The notes under the pieces were generated by a model. It did not search any database. It was given only the letters and a program-made list of their open reading frames with translations, and had not been told where the DNA came from. This document shows, one piece after another, positions 14,880 through 27,880 of a stretch of DNA of 64,000 bases (the stretch's first letter is position 1; every line of letters begins with the position of its first letter). The translations under genes and the position numbers were made by a program. The stretch lies in the NCBI RefSeq assembly GCF_009914755.1, contig NC_060930.1, one strand, 5' to 3'. This DNA is from the human T2T-CHM13v2.0 reference genome, Homo sapiens.

Positions 14880-15000
14880 AGCAACTTGTTCCTCAAAGTG
14901 TCTTCCTGGGACCAGCAGCATCTCAGGCCCTATCTCAGACCGACAGGATCAGAACCTGCATTTTAACAATATTCCCAGGGGATTCCGACCCACTTGATCA
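14880..15000. mobile_element. MER5A fragment
   Basis: ttcctcaaagtgt..gaccagcagcatc..tcagaacctgcattttaacaa. Confidence 0.7.
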
Positions 15001-15137
15001 AGCTCACAGCAGCCACTCATCTCATACTTGACTGGTTGAACTGACTAGGAAAACAAAGTAGGAGAAACCAAACATAACTTACATAACTCATTCAAAGATC
15101 ATTGTGAGTGACTAATGCTTTACCTATATAAAACTAG

Positions 15138-15443
15138 GGCCAGGCACAGTGGCTTATACCTAGCACTGTGGGAGGCAGAGGTGGGAGAATCACTTGAGTC
15201 CAGGAGTTCAAGACCAACCAGAGGAGCACAGTGAAACCCCATCTCTACCAAAAATACAAAAATTAGCTGGGCATGGTGGCACACACCTGTAGTCCCAAGC
15301 TACTTGGGAGGCTAAGGTGGGAGGACTGCTTGAACCCCAGGAGGTTGAGGCTGCAATGAGCTGTGAGTGCACCACTGCACTCCAGCCTGGGTGACAGAGT
15401 GAGGCCCTGTCTCATAAATAAATAAATAAATAGAAATAAAAAT
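15138..15443 (+). mobile_element. AluJ
   Basis: Dimeric Alu with J-type diagnostics (gaggttgaggctgca), (TAAA)n tail. Confidence 0.92.
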
Positions 15444-15933
15444 ACAGTAAAGGTATACAGAAAGCAGAAGGTTAATTTTACCAACCTTCTGAGGGAGGAA
15501 GACAAATGTCACCTTGGCCAACCAAATAGATCTGGGAAGATTTTGTCTTTTTATAAAGCTTGTCTATTTAAGGGTGGGAAGTCAGCAGAAAAACTGCTTG
15601 CCAATAGTACACTTCTCCCACTTTAATGAAATCGGTTGGCTGTGAAAATATGTGCATCAAAGTTTTAAAGAGTTTTCTGTCACATCCAGTAGACTTATAA
15701 TACAGATTGCTACAGATGGAAGATTTATCCTCACTTGATGTAGCAACAGCACTACGTTCTTTGAACTGTAACAAAGCTTTTGATTTTTTTTTTCCCACGT
15801 GGTAGATGAATCTTAGTAAGAAAATACAGACTTGATATGACACATACTCAACTACTGTAAAGTGGGTGCTTAATTTAGTTAGGGAGAGGAAGGGGTGGAA
15901 GCTGGGGAAAGTCCTGCTTAGAGGGCACCTCAC

Positions 15934-15952
15934 TAGCCACTAGAGGGCATTA
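15934..15952 (+). promoter_or_regulatory. CTCF motif (strong)
   Basis: TAGCCACTAGAGGGCATTA fits the CTCF core CCASYAGRKGGCR. Confidence 0.6.
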
Positions 15953-16292
15953 ACATGTGAATAAAATCATCCTGATTTCCAGGATTCAAACAGCAGACAC
16001 CATGCATGGGAATTAATGGGGCTCTGCTTCACTCTTCCTTTCCCTTTATAAATGTCCAGAGAGCTAACAACTGCAAAGATGTGGAAGTATATCTAAACTC
16101 TTTTTATGTTTTAACACAATAGACATTTAAGGGAATAAACTTGAGCCATGCTAGCTCCAGGACTAGGATTGACATATGTTTCCTTCAGGGTGCCCGATTT
16201 CCATTCTTCAGAAGTCCACAACCTTCTGAATAACAGAGGTCTTTTCTCCCTCAGAATCAACCTAGCAACAAGTCCGAAACCTCCAAAAACTT

Positions 16293-16376
16293 CTCATACC
16301 TGTAATCCTAGCACTTTGGGAAGCCAAAGTGAGAGGATTGCTTGAGCCCAGGAATTCAAGACCAGCCATGTCTCCA
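16293..16376 (+). mobile_element. Truncated Alu left monomer/FLAM fragment flanked by direct repeats
   Basis: ctcatacctgtaatcctagcactttggg..gaccagcc; flanking 23-bp repeats. Confidence 0.8.
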
Positions 16377-19185
16377 AAACTTCCAAAAACTTCTCCAGCC
16401 TGCTTGCTAAAAATTCAAGTTGATAGTCCACCCATTGCAAAAGGATATTTCCTTCAGGAAGCAGGAGGAAGATAAGCGAGGCTGGGGAAGACTGAAGACA
16501 ACAGTCCTCAGTTCTGAGGAGAATGAGCGGGAAGTGATTGATGGTCAGTCCCAGGCCACCGCCCTGCCTTAGTGGGTGTCTTTGCCACGAGGTGGCCTTC
16601 CAGGTAGCTTGGCTTCCTTCTGCACCTAAGCTTATAATGGCAAGACTAACCTTGCCTCTCCAGCCCCCATCTTTCTCCTCAAACGGTCCCTCTAATCTTT
16701 GTACATACTCATGGGTTCAATTACCAGGCAGGATGCCCTGAGGCAGCCAGGTGTTAGTTGGCAACAGAACACACAAAGGCCTCCCCGCCTCCATTCAGCG
16801 TCAGGGTGATAAAGATATCATTACCCTCAAAGCCAGCTCCTCAGAAGTTCTGCCACCACGGCAGATATGAAAGGCTTTACCACATAGTTTTCATACACAG
16901 TTCTTCTTCCTCAGAAAGCACCATTTGTTTGAGTATCCGTAAATAACTCCTACAGAAGACACAATTTGCTCTAATGTTTTGGAGCTATGGAATTTATTAT
17001 GATCACAGAACCAGGAAATAGCTGAATGTGAAAACAGGAACATCTCAAATCACCCCTCAGCTCTAAGAAGAGTAACGCATTTCAAATTAAAAGCAAAGTC
17101 ATTGCTGTGTTTACTGTTCTCTCTCAATGAGGGGCCTGCACTCCCAGGACAGTGTCAGCATACTTAGCTTTTCAAATACTAAATAAAAACAACAGCATCT
17201 CCAAGTTCTAAGCATTTATAAAAGGTATTCTCTTTTAAAGATAAAGACAAGTTTAGAAGGCAGGCCCCTTTTTTTGTCGCAATCGGTTAAAAAGTGAAGA
17301 GAAATAGAATGGGCTGAACAAAATATATAGCAGGCTCTGTGGTCTGCTTTTTCTAAAAGTTCTGCCCACAGATTTTCAGACACCAACAGCAACAAACAGT
17401 CATTCCCTCCCTCCTGCAAGTGAGGGTGACAGCCAATGCCAGGAGCTACAGCAACAGAAGAATGTACTTTAAAAGAGAGACAGGAGAATGGCTTAGACCC
17501 TCTACCTGCCATCACCATCACCTCCTAACCAGAAATGACAACAAGCAGCACTTTCTAGGAATTTGTTAGTGGCTGTGATCATGTGTCCTTCTTGCACTCA
17601 CGTTTCTCTTTTGACCAAATATTATTTAGTAAGATGTGGTTGAGTGGCCCCTGGGAATCACCATTGAAACAGAAGGCTTTCTAAGTAAAATATCTGTTCA
17701 GTATCTGTTCTTGCAGTGCAAAGCACATTTCAAAAGTTCAGCCAACGGCTAGGAAAATGTTTGGGGCACGCAGAATCCCTTCTACGCCAACAGAACTAAT
17801 CTCATGTATGCATTTTTCAGCTCCTGAGTTGAGAAGACATATTAAAAACCCAGCAACATGTTTATCTTCATTAAACAGCAAATGTCCTTTCAAACAATAT
17901 ACAACAGGGCAGAGATCACTGTTTGTGCTAATGGAAAGTGATCAAAAGCCCCAAGATTCTTTGGTTAGCTGACTCTGAAGCCTGCTCGTGCTTGAGTTTC
18001 TACACAAAGTACATCAAAAGAATATAGATATCACTGGAGATTCTAAATGTTTAAAGTCTCTAGGACTAGCAAGAAAATATGCTTGAAACTATAGGAAATG
18101 GGGAACAGAACATTACTGTTGACTTCCACCTTTTCCCTGTAACACAATACATTACAATCTATAAATAGCTTAGGCTGTCTGTTTAAATATGCACCTCCCC
18201 CGGAAAAGATAGAGGCTTCCGATCATCTTGCTATTTGCAAGGAATCTTACTCACAAATCAATCTAACAGGCCACGGTGATATTATGGGGATGTAAAAGGG
18301 ACTGAAATGATCAAGAGCGTCACGTGTCTTCCAAGCCAAGTGGGGTCCTATGCCTTGCTGGTTTGAAGAAGTGGGAGAAACTTCATCAAGAGCAGCAACT
18401 CAGGTGTCTGTCCACCAGAGTAAGCAGGAGGTTCTGACCAGCAAGGGTAGCCTAGGGCATGGGAGGGAGGGAGACAGTGACTTTAAAGCTTTCCTGTTCT
18501 GTCACACTTCCTGCACCTCTGCCCAGAGGTGGCTGCTCCACAGACCCAAGCAGAAAGCAGACAAGAAAGGCAAGATGTCAGGAATTCTCTTCTCTCCCAG
18601 TAGCATCTTTCCTGTTCTAGCCTAAATGCAGGGGAAAAAGATTTGGGGCTGAGGCACCTCTGAATCCCAGGGAGCTCAGGAGCTCACTCTGATTCCTTGG
18701 AGCTGAAGAGTTGCTGTGTGCAAGCTGCACACAGCCGTAGCGTCTCTCATTAGACTCTCTTCTACCACTAGAGCCAGGCAGCTATGAAGAGTGACATGAC
18801 CAGCCAGCCCCAGAAAGCAAAACGGGAATGCAATCAATACATGCCTCCTCTCGCCCATCAAACAGCTTTCTTCCTCCTTTCTCCCAAATCAAAACTGACT
18901 CCCTCTTGTTGGATCACAAAGAGCAAGAACGCAATGTGCAGTAGCCTTGTGGAGCTTAAAAAAAAGAAAAACAAAAAAAGACTGTCAGCTTGCAAGAATT
19001 TTACCAACCGGCAAGACATTACCCCTCATGTCCCAGAGCCATAGGGAGGCTGCGTCTGAGAGCGAGGCACACCAGCAGGAGAGAGACAGTTCTCATGGGT
19101 GGATGGTGAACCCTCTCTTATCAACAGCTAGACTCAGCAACCACACATTCCGTTTTACTTTCTCGCCCACATTCAAACCATTTTA

Positions 19186-19204
19186 TCTCCACTAGAGGGC
19201 CAGG
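19186..19204 (+). promoter_or_regulatory. CTCF-like motif
   Basis: CCACTAGAGGGC core identical to the site at 15937. Confidence 0.45.
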
Positions 19205-19396
19205 ATGGAGATGAAATTTCAGCCTGGCAGTTTTGCTGCTGATTTAAGATTTGATCCTAAACCTTGGGGAGGGAGGGCTCGAAGGAAGGGAGGTGGGGTT
19301 AAGGCAACTCAGATACTCACGTGGGCATATCTGGGTCCCAGGCAATCCCTGGGTTCTGCCACAGGCTCTCTATCTCATGGGATGACACTGTTATTA

Positions 19397-19864
<468 letters not shown>

Positions 19865-21079
19865 TCAAAACCTTATCTCCTTACGCCTGCAACTGCCTTC
19901 CCTCTGGGACCCCAGTCTCTTTTTTCTCCACCATCTCACGGGATATGGACACAGCTGTAAAGCTCATCTCACTAAAACATGGTTCTTCACATCCCCAACT
20001 TGTTGAAAAATCTCCAGTGACTGCCAACCCCCAGTTCAGGACCCCTCCCCACAGCACTGCCCATTTACACAGTGACCACTCCTCCCTCCCTACCACTACC
20101 ACCCCCAAACCACAAACCAACAAGAAGCACCGTGTCCTGGGAATCTGTCAGTGGCTGGGACTCAGTCCTCCTCGCAGGCAGGTTTCTCTTCACCACATAA
20201 TACACACGTAGCGAATGTGGTTGAGGGGTCCCCATTCTTTGGTCTGACACATGTGGTGTGACCCCTATCTCCCTGTCCAAGGCAGTCTCCCCCTTTCTCT
20301 CTATGAGCTGTCCATTCTCCGTGTTGAGTCCTACACGGAGCTTCCCACTTACTTTACATGTTAGATTGCTGTGTTTTCCTCAGCATATGCGTGGCCCCTG
20401 TCTGGAAGCCCCTCTTCGTTGATCTGGAGCTGAATTGTGGTCTGTTCACCAGGACCCCAGATGAAAGATGAAAGCATGAGAGAAGCGGATGCAGGAGGGG
20501 GATGGTATAGGGTGGTCCATACACCTGGGATGGAATCATGGAAGCATCCCAGACAGGTTAACTTTGCCTTAATAAAGCTTCTTAATTTTTAACAAGCCTA
20601 ATGATCTCCATCTCATTCAGGAGGAACAAGGTCAGAAAGACAAGATGGGACCAGATGACTTGTGAACTGTGAGTTGAGCTCTGGACTGTTAGACAGTGAT
20701 GTGTCTAAGACAAGGCCAATGTCTGGCAGGCCGGGGCTTTAGCGTAAGTTTAGCCACCTGCTAAATTGAGTTTAATTTGCCCGTGTCCTTATGATTGTCC
20801 CATCACCATAGCTAATTAATGTTAACTATGTTGTTATTTTTATTAATGCTCTTTTAATTTTAGTAAATATTTTTGAGCCAGATCTGACTGTTCCAAGCCT
20901 GGGCTTTGGGGGCTGCCAGGTATATTACTGCTACAACACCATCAGGAGCAAGTCACAATGCATTCTTAAGTTCATTCATTCTTTTACCCTACACGTTATC
21001 GAGCACCTACTGTGTGCTGTGTGAGAGGACTGGGACGTTGGGAGTTATACAAAAAGCTAAAAGCCATGCTTAGGACATA

Positions 21080-21371
21080 GCAGGTGACAAGTGTCCCTTC
21101 TAGGCCAAAGCTTTGAAGCATTGAATTGCTGGTGCAATTTTCCAATTTTTCTCTCTTCCAGTGATCATGAAAGAGGCCCCTAGATGGCTGGATAAAAAGA
21201 TCAAAGCAGACTGCATCATGGAGTTATGCATGGAGGACAGTTGTCCTGGAGAGATACTGCATCCACAGCGGTCACTGTATGAATGAGAAATAAACTTTTA
21301 TTTTGCTAAGCTACTGAAAGTTTAGGGTTGACCTTTCTGCAACAAAAGCTTATCCTATCCTGACTAATACA
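21080..21371 (+). mobile_element. MLT1J/K-like MaLR LTR
   Basis: gaatgagaaataaactttt..gctaagctactga..cctatcctgactaataca is a typical MLT1 3' end. Confidence 0.75.
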
Positions 21372-21974
21372 ATAGCTTTTATTTTCTCTATTATTACCAT
21401 TTGGTAATGAATCATGTCTAACAATGCCTTGTGCTAGGCTTTATATTTACTGCCCTCAGTATCTTTTAATTGCCTTAATGTCACTTTTACTCACTCCTTG
21501 CCACTTAATGAGACAAGAGCCTCTTGAAGACAGTGACCTTGGCTTGTACTTTCAGGGCTTACCTTTTCACCCTCCAACTCACATTTTCCTTCCTCTCATC
21601 ATTTTCCCCAAAATTTAGTTGTGAGCCTCGCAAGCAGTAGCTGCTTAACTCATAACTGATGACTTGATATTTTCCCACTAGGAAATAATTCCCAATACGT
21701 AATAACAATTATTCATTTGCATTAACCAATACCACCATGCAGGCATGGATCATCAGGAATTAAGTGCAATGGCTACAAGAAGGCATTAGCTATTCATCTG
21801 TGAATTTATCTTAGCCATGGCCTTGATTCTGTGTCAACCATGGCTCATCATTTTTACTTATTTGTGTTGACCCTAATGTCTTTAGGTCTATTTAATGATT
21901 TTGGTCTGGGCTTCTAAAATTCTCATTCAGTCATTTGTTCATTCACACAAATACAGTAGTCAGTTTCTGAGAGG

Positions 21975-22205
21975 TAGCAGAGAAAAAAAGCTATGGAGTC
22001 AGGCTAGCTGTGAGACTGTGGGCCAGCCACTTGACCTCTTCATGTCCCCAGTTTCCTTTCCCACAAAACGAGTTTAAAATGTATCTTGTAAGGTTGTTGT
22101 GAGAATTACACAAGTTAATATATGCAAGATACATAAAAGTTATTTTAAATTTTAAAATAAAGCAGTACTGGGCATGTTGTAAGTGCTTAGAATGCTAATA
22201 TTATC
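21975..22205 (+). mobile_element. MIR
   Basis: ggagtcag..cacttgacctct..cagtttcc..ggttgttgtgagaatta. Confidence 0.7.
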
Positions 22206-22349
22206 ATATACTGAGCACCTACTACATGGCAGATATTAGAGGAACAAGAATGATTAACAGGTTCCCCAGTTCTTCAAGCATTTGCAATCTAGTAAGGGTA
22301 AAAGATATGTAAACAAATAAGTGAAGTATTACAGAGCCAGAGAGAGAGA

Positions 22350-22470
22350 GAACACAAGTACATACAAATACATATGCACAAAAGGATACAGGTATGTAGG
22401 TGCACACACATGCATACAAAGATACACACATGCACACTCACCTACATGAGAGCACACACATGCACACATG
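22350..22470. repeat. (CA)-rich low-complexity tract
   Basis: Degenerate cacacatgca repeats. Confidence 0.7.
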
Positions 22471-22619
22471 CCAACTACTGCCAACTGATGAGCTACATAC
22501 AGAGCAAGAAGAGACCACGATTGCTGAACTAGCTCCTACAGACTTGCCAGACAAGACAGGGCACCAGGGATGTCCAGGTAATTAAAGAGTGTGAGCAGAG
22601 GCATCAAACAACATCTATG

Positions 22620-22830
22620 TGTTTATTCATTCAACAAATATTGATCAAATGCCTCCTATGTGCTTGGCACAGTTTTAAATACTGGGATACATGCAGTCCA
22701 TGAGACCGACAAGGCTTTTGCTTCCACTGAGCTAATTCTAATAGAGGAGACTAACAATAAACCAGCAGTCGGATGCAGAAGCCCAAGCGCCACGAAGAAA
22801 ACAACAGGTAAGAAGGCTTGAGTGAGCTGG
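22620..22830 (-). mobile_element. L2 3' fragment
   Basis: ttcattcaacaaatatt..cctatgtgcttggcacag..ctgggatac. Confidence 0.75.
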
Positions 22831-23610
22831 GGGCGGGTAGGCCTGATGGGGTGCAGGGAGCAGAAATATGGCCAGAGCAGGAAGGAAACGCCACGCCCCA
22901 CCCCAGCTTTCTATGGGGGAGGATTTCCCTTATGCCCTCTGACCTCTTGCTCCAACCTTTTCTTCCCCAAGGGTGTGGAATGAGTAACCCGGCTGGGGCT
23001 AAAGCCAACGTGGCCTATGCCCCCTCCTTGGATAGGGTGAATCTATATAATTTTGAGCAGGGTTAGCAGGGATTTGGGCCTCTTTCTCCTTCCCTCTTCA
23101 CACAGACAGGTGCCTGTAGACTCAAAACTTTCCTGCAGGTGGCCTGCGACCAGGCTAGACTGGGGAACAGGCAGGTGTCAAGTTAGCTCATTGCCCTCAG
23201 TCACATAGTTGCATTCTGGCCCCCGTCTGCCTCAATACTCTTGTCTTATTTCTCAGTGGGCTCAGAACTTGGGACGGGAAGAGAACTCTTGTAAGATAAA
23301 AGTTTCCATAAGATAAAAACCTTCCCTCCCCTAAACAGACCTCAAAACCAAATTAGGAATCACTATCCTAATCTATCAAACCTAATCTATCTGTCATCTT
23401 AATGGAAAAATCCCTCAAATCTCTTACTTAATAGTCCAAAACGCTAGACTGAGAAGTCTGATCCCAAAGACAAATTCAATACAGTGAATATTGGGAGTGA
23501 GGTGGGAAAAAGGATGATTTTGGTGCCAGTATAAAACCCAGGGGTATATGCTATGGTCAGTAGCCAGAAAGAGGAAGATGAGGAAATATGAAGCCTTTAG
23601 ATATTCTTAC

Positions 23611-23625
23611 CTTGTGACTTTATAT
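23611..23625 (-). other. Candidate 15-nt microexon
   Basis: Minus strand: cctaatgtggtttttttaatgcag|ATATAAAGTCACAAG|gtaaga; frame-preserving, open in phases 1 and 2. Confidence 0.4.
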
Positions 23626-24718
23626 CTGCATTAAAAAAACCACATTAGGAAAATAATTTCTTGAGTTTATCTTTTCTTTGAAGAACTGAACAACATTTTC
23701 AATATATTTACACACTTGCCTCACAATTTCCTTGGGAGATGGAGTGAGAATATAACGTTGTCGTGAACAAATATTAATGTCATGGTTACTATCTGCAGAA
23801 CTCAGTTGTGAGCATTAGAGAAATTTTTTTAAGAGGAAGAAGAAGATACATGTTTCGTATCCTTGAAGGGCTTAGCCTCGACCTAGAAAACACTCAGGCC
23901 CCCAAAGCAATATATATGAAAAAAGGAAATACAAGAGCAATGTCAAATGGATGGTAAAGATTTTTAAAAATGCTTCAGGAGTTCAGAGGGGAAAAAAAGT
24001 ATCCGTTGGAACTAAGAGTTCTTACAATTCTTTCATCAAGGATTATATAGATGAGGAAACATTAGAGAAATGTGAAAGCCCCAACCACACATCAGTAGAG
24101 AAACTGCAATTAGAAACTGCCTCTCTGGTAAGAGCTCCCAGAAGATGAGAAATGGGTATTGCATTTCTCTGTGCAGTCCTACTGGGCCTGGCATTGCAGG
24201 CTCCACTGGTAGGTGTCTCCTCAATCTGCAGCATATTAAATGAGCACTCTGTTTCCCTGGATTTCACATTGCTCCATGTCACTACCCACACATTTCAGCC
24301 AGGAGCAGCTGACCACGATGCCCAGGAAGTACCCTCCCCACCAGGTCATTCTGACAGAGCCGCTGTGCCACACACAGGGAGGATGAAAAGCACAGACTCT
24401 CCACCTCCTTTCAATTGCTAAGACAGGCAGGTGCTGCCAACCCTGCTGACCCATTCAGAGGCCTGCAGAACACTCCTACAGGCATTGCCTTGTCTCTCAT
24501 CAAGTTCCAAGATGGACCGAGACAGGAGGCAAGTGTTAATAGCAAGAGTAGATAGTAACCATTACGAAAACCACATTCTCCGCATATCACAGGCCCCAGG
24601 AGGGGAAAGGCAAGAGAGGATAAGGTGGGAAATAAAAGAGGGTATCAGGGCTGCCCTCATCCTGCCCAGGATACACTGGCTGTCACAGTCATTATATGTT
24701 TTCTGGCAGCACAGTCAC

Positions 24719-24735
24719 GTTGCTATGGAACCAAT
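24719..24735. promoter_or_regulatory. RFX X-box-like motif overlapping CCAAT
   Basis: GTTGCTATGGAACCAAT. Confidence 0.3.
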
Positions 24736-25957
24736 GCATGTCATTGCCACCTGGCCTCTAGCAAATAAAATCACAGCGCTGGCAAGAGCATTTCCCTGGA
24801 TTTCCCTTAAAGAGATACCATTGATGGTGAGTGCTGTTTGAGCTTAGAAACAACAGCAGCATTGTTCCCAAGACCCAGCCCCATTGCATACCATGAAACT
24901 GAGCCCAGGGACTCACGTTTTACAAGGTATATATGCATGTGGGGGCCAGCTTCTGAGCTTCTTTTTAGGGAGAAAAATACTCATGGCTTCTATCTGTGTT
25001 TAGTTTTTTCTCATTTGGTAAAATAAAAAAATTACGGCTTGTAATATTTTGGATAATAATTTGATGCCCTCTTGAATGTCAACATCAAAGTGCTCATGAC
25101 CCCAGAAGGAAACCAAAGTAGCCACAAGTGGTCTACATGGGTTCAGGCAGTCCTTCTTTCATTCCTTCACCATTTCTTGCCTCAGACCCTTCTCTACCAG
25201 TTTATTCTTTACCCAAAGAATCCTATGATGTAAGCATGGAAATGGACATTTCTTCACTTTCTCAAGGCCCTTAATTGCCCCCTTCTTTTAGTCTAATTAA
25301 TCTCTTGACTCTAAAGAGACCTTTACAGTCCCCAGAGAGCAACAGGTGTCAGTGACCCACATTGTACTGTGGTGTGCTCTGAGAATAAACTTTTTGGGCT
25401 TTTCTCAGATAAGACAGGAAAATGGAAACCTTCACAGTTCTAATGAATGCTAACTCGTGTAGACCCAGCTCTGTGGACAGGAGCGATCAATGTTAGGGTA
25501 ACTCAGCAGATGATCCCTCACAAATCAGCAATCTATGTTCTACATTCCATTCAGTATGTTGGTAGACACCAATTACGTCTGTATGTACATAAGGAGATGA
25601 TCAAGTTCCGCAATAATGACTCTAGTTAGGGAAGAAGACAAAGTGATTAAGCTGACAAGTTGGATAAAATAATAAACACAAGCTCTTAATACTACCCTTT
25701 GACCACTCCCTAGGTGAGATGAAATGTTTTGGAAATAAGTGCACTTAGTTCACCAACCTAAATGAACACAATTTGAAGCCAGATTTAACCTAGGATGTCT
25801 AAAAAAACAAACAAACAAACAAACAAACCACACACACAGTCAAGTTTACCTTCTGGGATTCTAACTGAGAATCATATTCTTAACTTCTCTCCATCTTATT
25901 GCACAACTGCACTCTTATGTAAAAACCAACATAACTTTAAAAAAAACGAATAAATGG

Positions 25958-26307
<350 letters not shown>

Positions 26308-26744
26308 TCAATATAGGAACCCTGTTAGCCATTCTTCTGCAGGTGCAGACAACCGCGAGTCGGGTGTGTGGGTCTGCAGCTGGACTGCACACACCTGCAG
26401 GTGTACCATGACTTCTAGCTGCAAAGCAGATGTACCACCAAGTCTCAGCACATGACAACGTGGCATTGCAGATGCAGTGGTTTGGAAAGGGCGCAGAAGA
26501 AAATAAGCTTTCTCAGATGACATCCATAACAGAAGTGTTCTGGGTGCACTCACTCTGCCAACCCCTTTACTTAGTAGCCAACTAGGATTATGAGAAAGTC
26601 AAATAGTCTATCAGTATCAGTCTTGACCCTTGCCTTAGGGGTGATCATTATTAGATTACCAAGACCACATTAAGTTAAACTACCTATAACTCTACAGCCT
26701 CAAAAAGAATCTGCAGATTCCAAAACCAGACTTGTGCAGGGCAA

Positions 26745-26865
26745 ACATCATGCAGCTAGGAGCCAAACACACCAGTATCAAAATCCTAGCTCTGCTACTC
26801 TCCATGAAGCCCCATAAAGGTGATGTGAGCCTCTGGGCCTCAGATGCCCCATCTGTACATAGGGC
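26745..26865 (+). mobile_element. MIR fragment
   Basis: aatcctagctctgctact..cctctgggcctcagatgccccatctgta. Confidence 0.6.
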
Positions 26866-27754
26866 CTTTGCCAGACAAGCTCTCAGGTCTCATCTGGTGC
26901 TCATATCCTGTTATTCTTGGTCATGGAATTCAAAAGACATCACAGTCACTTGAAACTGGATGGTTCCCCCTTGCCTACAGCTGTATCTCTGTGCACCAGT
27001 TGCTGAGGGAAAGAAACTTCCTTTCTGTGAGCTGGACAAGGTAATAGCAACAATGATGACCTCGCACGAGGCAAAGCATGTGAACGGCAAAAAAGAAATC
27101 GCAGAAAAATCTACAAGGGAAACCATCCTCTCCAAAGGACCCAGTGATGAGGAGAGTCAAAGAATAGGAAAAATACCTTGGTTCCAAGCAGGAGAAAACT
27201 AGAGAGTGCATGCTGTCACACACTTTTTCTTGGTGCATCATAGTAATTGGATAATATTTTGATGTGGGTAAAAATACATGAAAGATTCAAAGGATCACTC
27301 ACCCTATGAAAACAGCACGTCGATTTCTTTCTCACGAAGAAAATGGTCTAATTTCTTTGGAAAACTGGAATAGAAAAAAAGATTTTTTAAAAAAATTAAT
27401 AACTCCATTCTCTAAATCAGTCCAAATGAGCAGGCCTAGAGGTGATAAGAAATTCCAGCCCCTAGCACTTTGGCCTTTATTAGGTGCACAATAAATGTCT
27501 GAAGAACAATAGATGCGTGATTATTTGGCTGACTATATGAATTTTAAAAGCAGAGCTTTGAACAATCAATATGTAGAGAACAATCACAGGCATGATTCAT
27601 TTATCATGAGATGTATGGTCCTTGTGACAAGGAGTCCATATTGTGGTGCCCAAGAAATCAATTTTTTAGGTGCCTTTCTTAAAATGTCATGTCCTCCATG
27701 CCCACCATGATGCTTATTGAAGAAGTCTTTTTTTGTATTTTTTTGAAGTAATGT

Positions 27755-27877
27755 TTCTGTAGAGATGGGGTCTCACTATGTTGCCCAGGCTGGTCTTGAA
27801 CTCCTGGCCTCAAGCGCTCCTTCCACCTCAGCCTCCCAAAGTGTTGGGATTACAGGTTTGAGCCATCGTACCCAGCC
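27755..27877 (-). mobile_element. Alu left monomer (FLAM_C/AluJ)
   Basis: gtagagatggggtctcactatgttgcccagg..ccagcc. Confidence 0.88.
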
Positions 27878-27880
27878 GTG

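Noticed and set aside
22485-22512. CTGATGA-GCT...AGC hammerhead-ribozyme-like core
   Set aside because: No GAAA after stem II, and I could not pair stems I and III.
24431-24841. 136-aa + strand ORF
   Set aside because: Non-ATG start, no recognisable domain or splice context.
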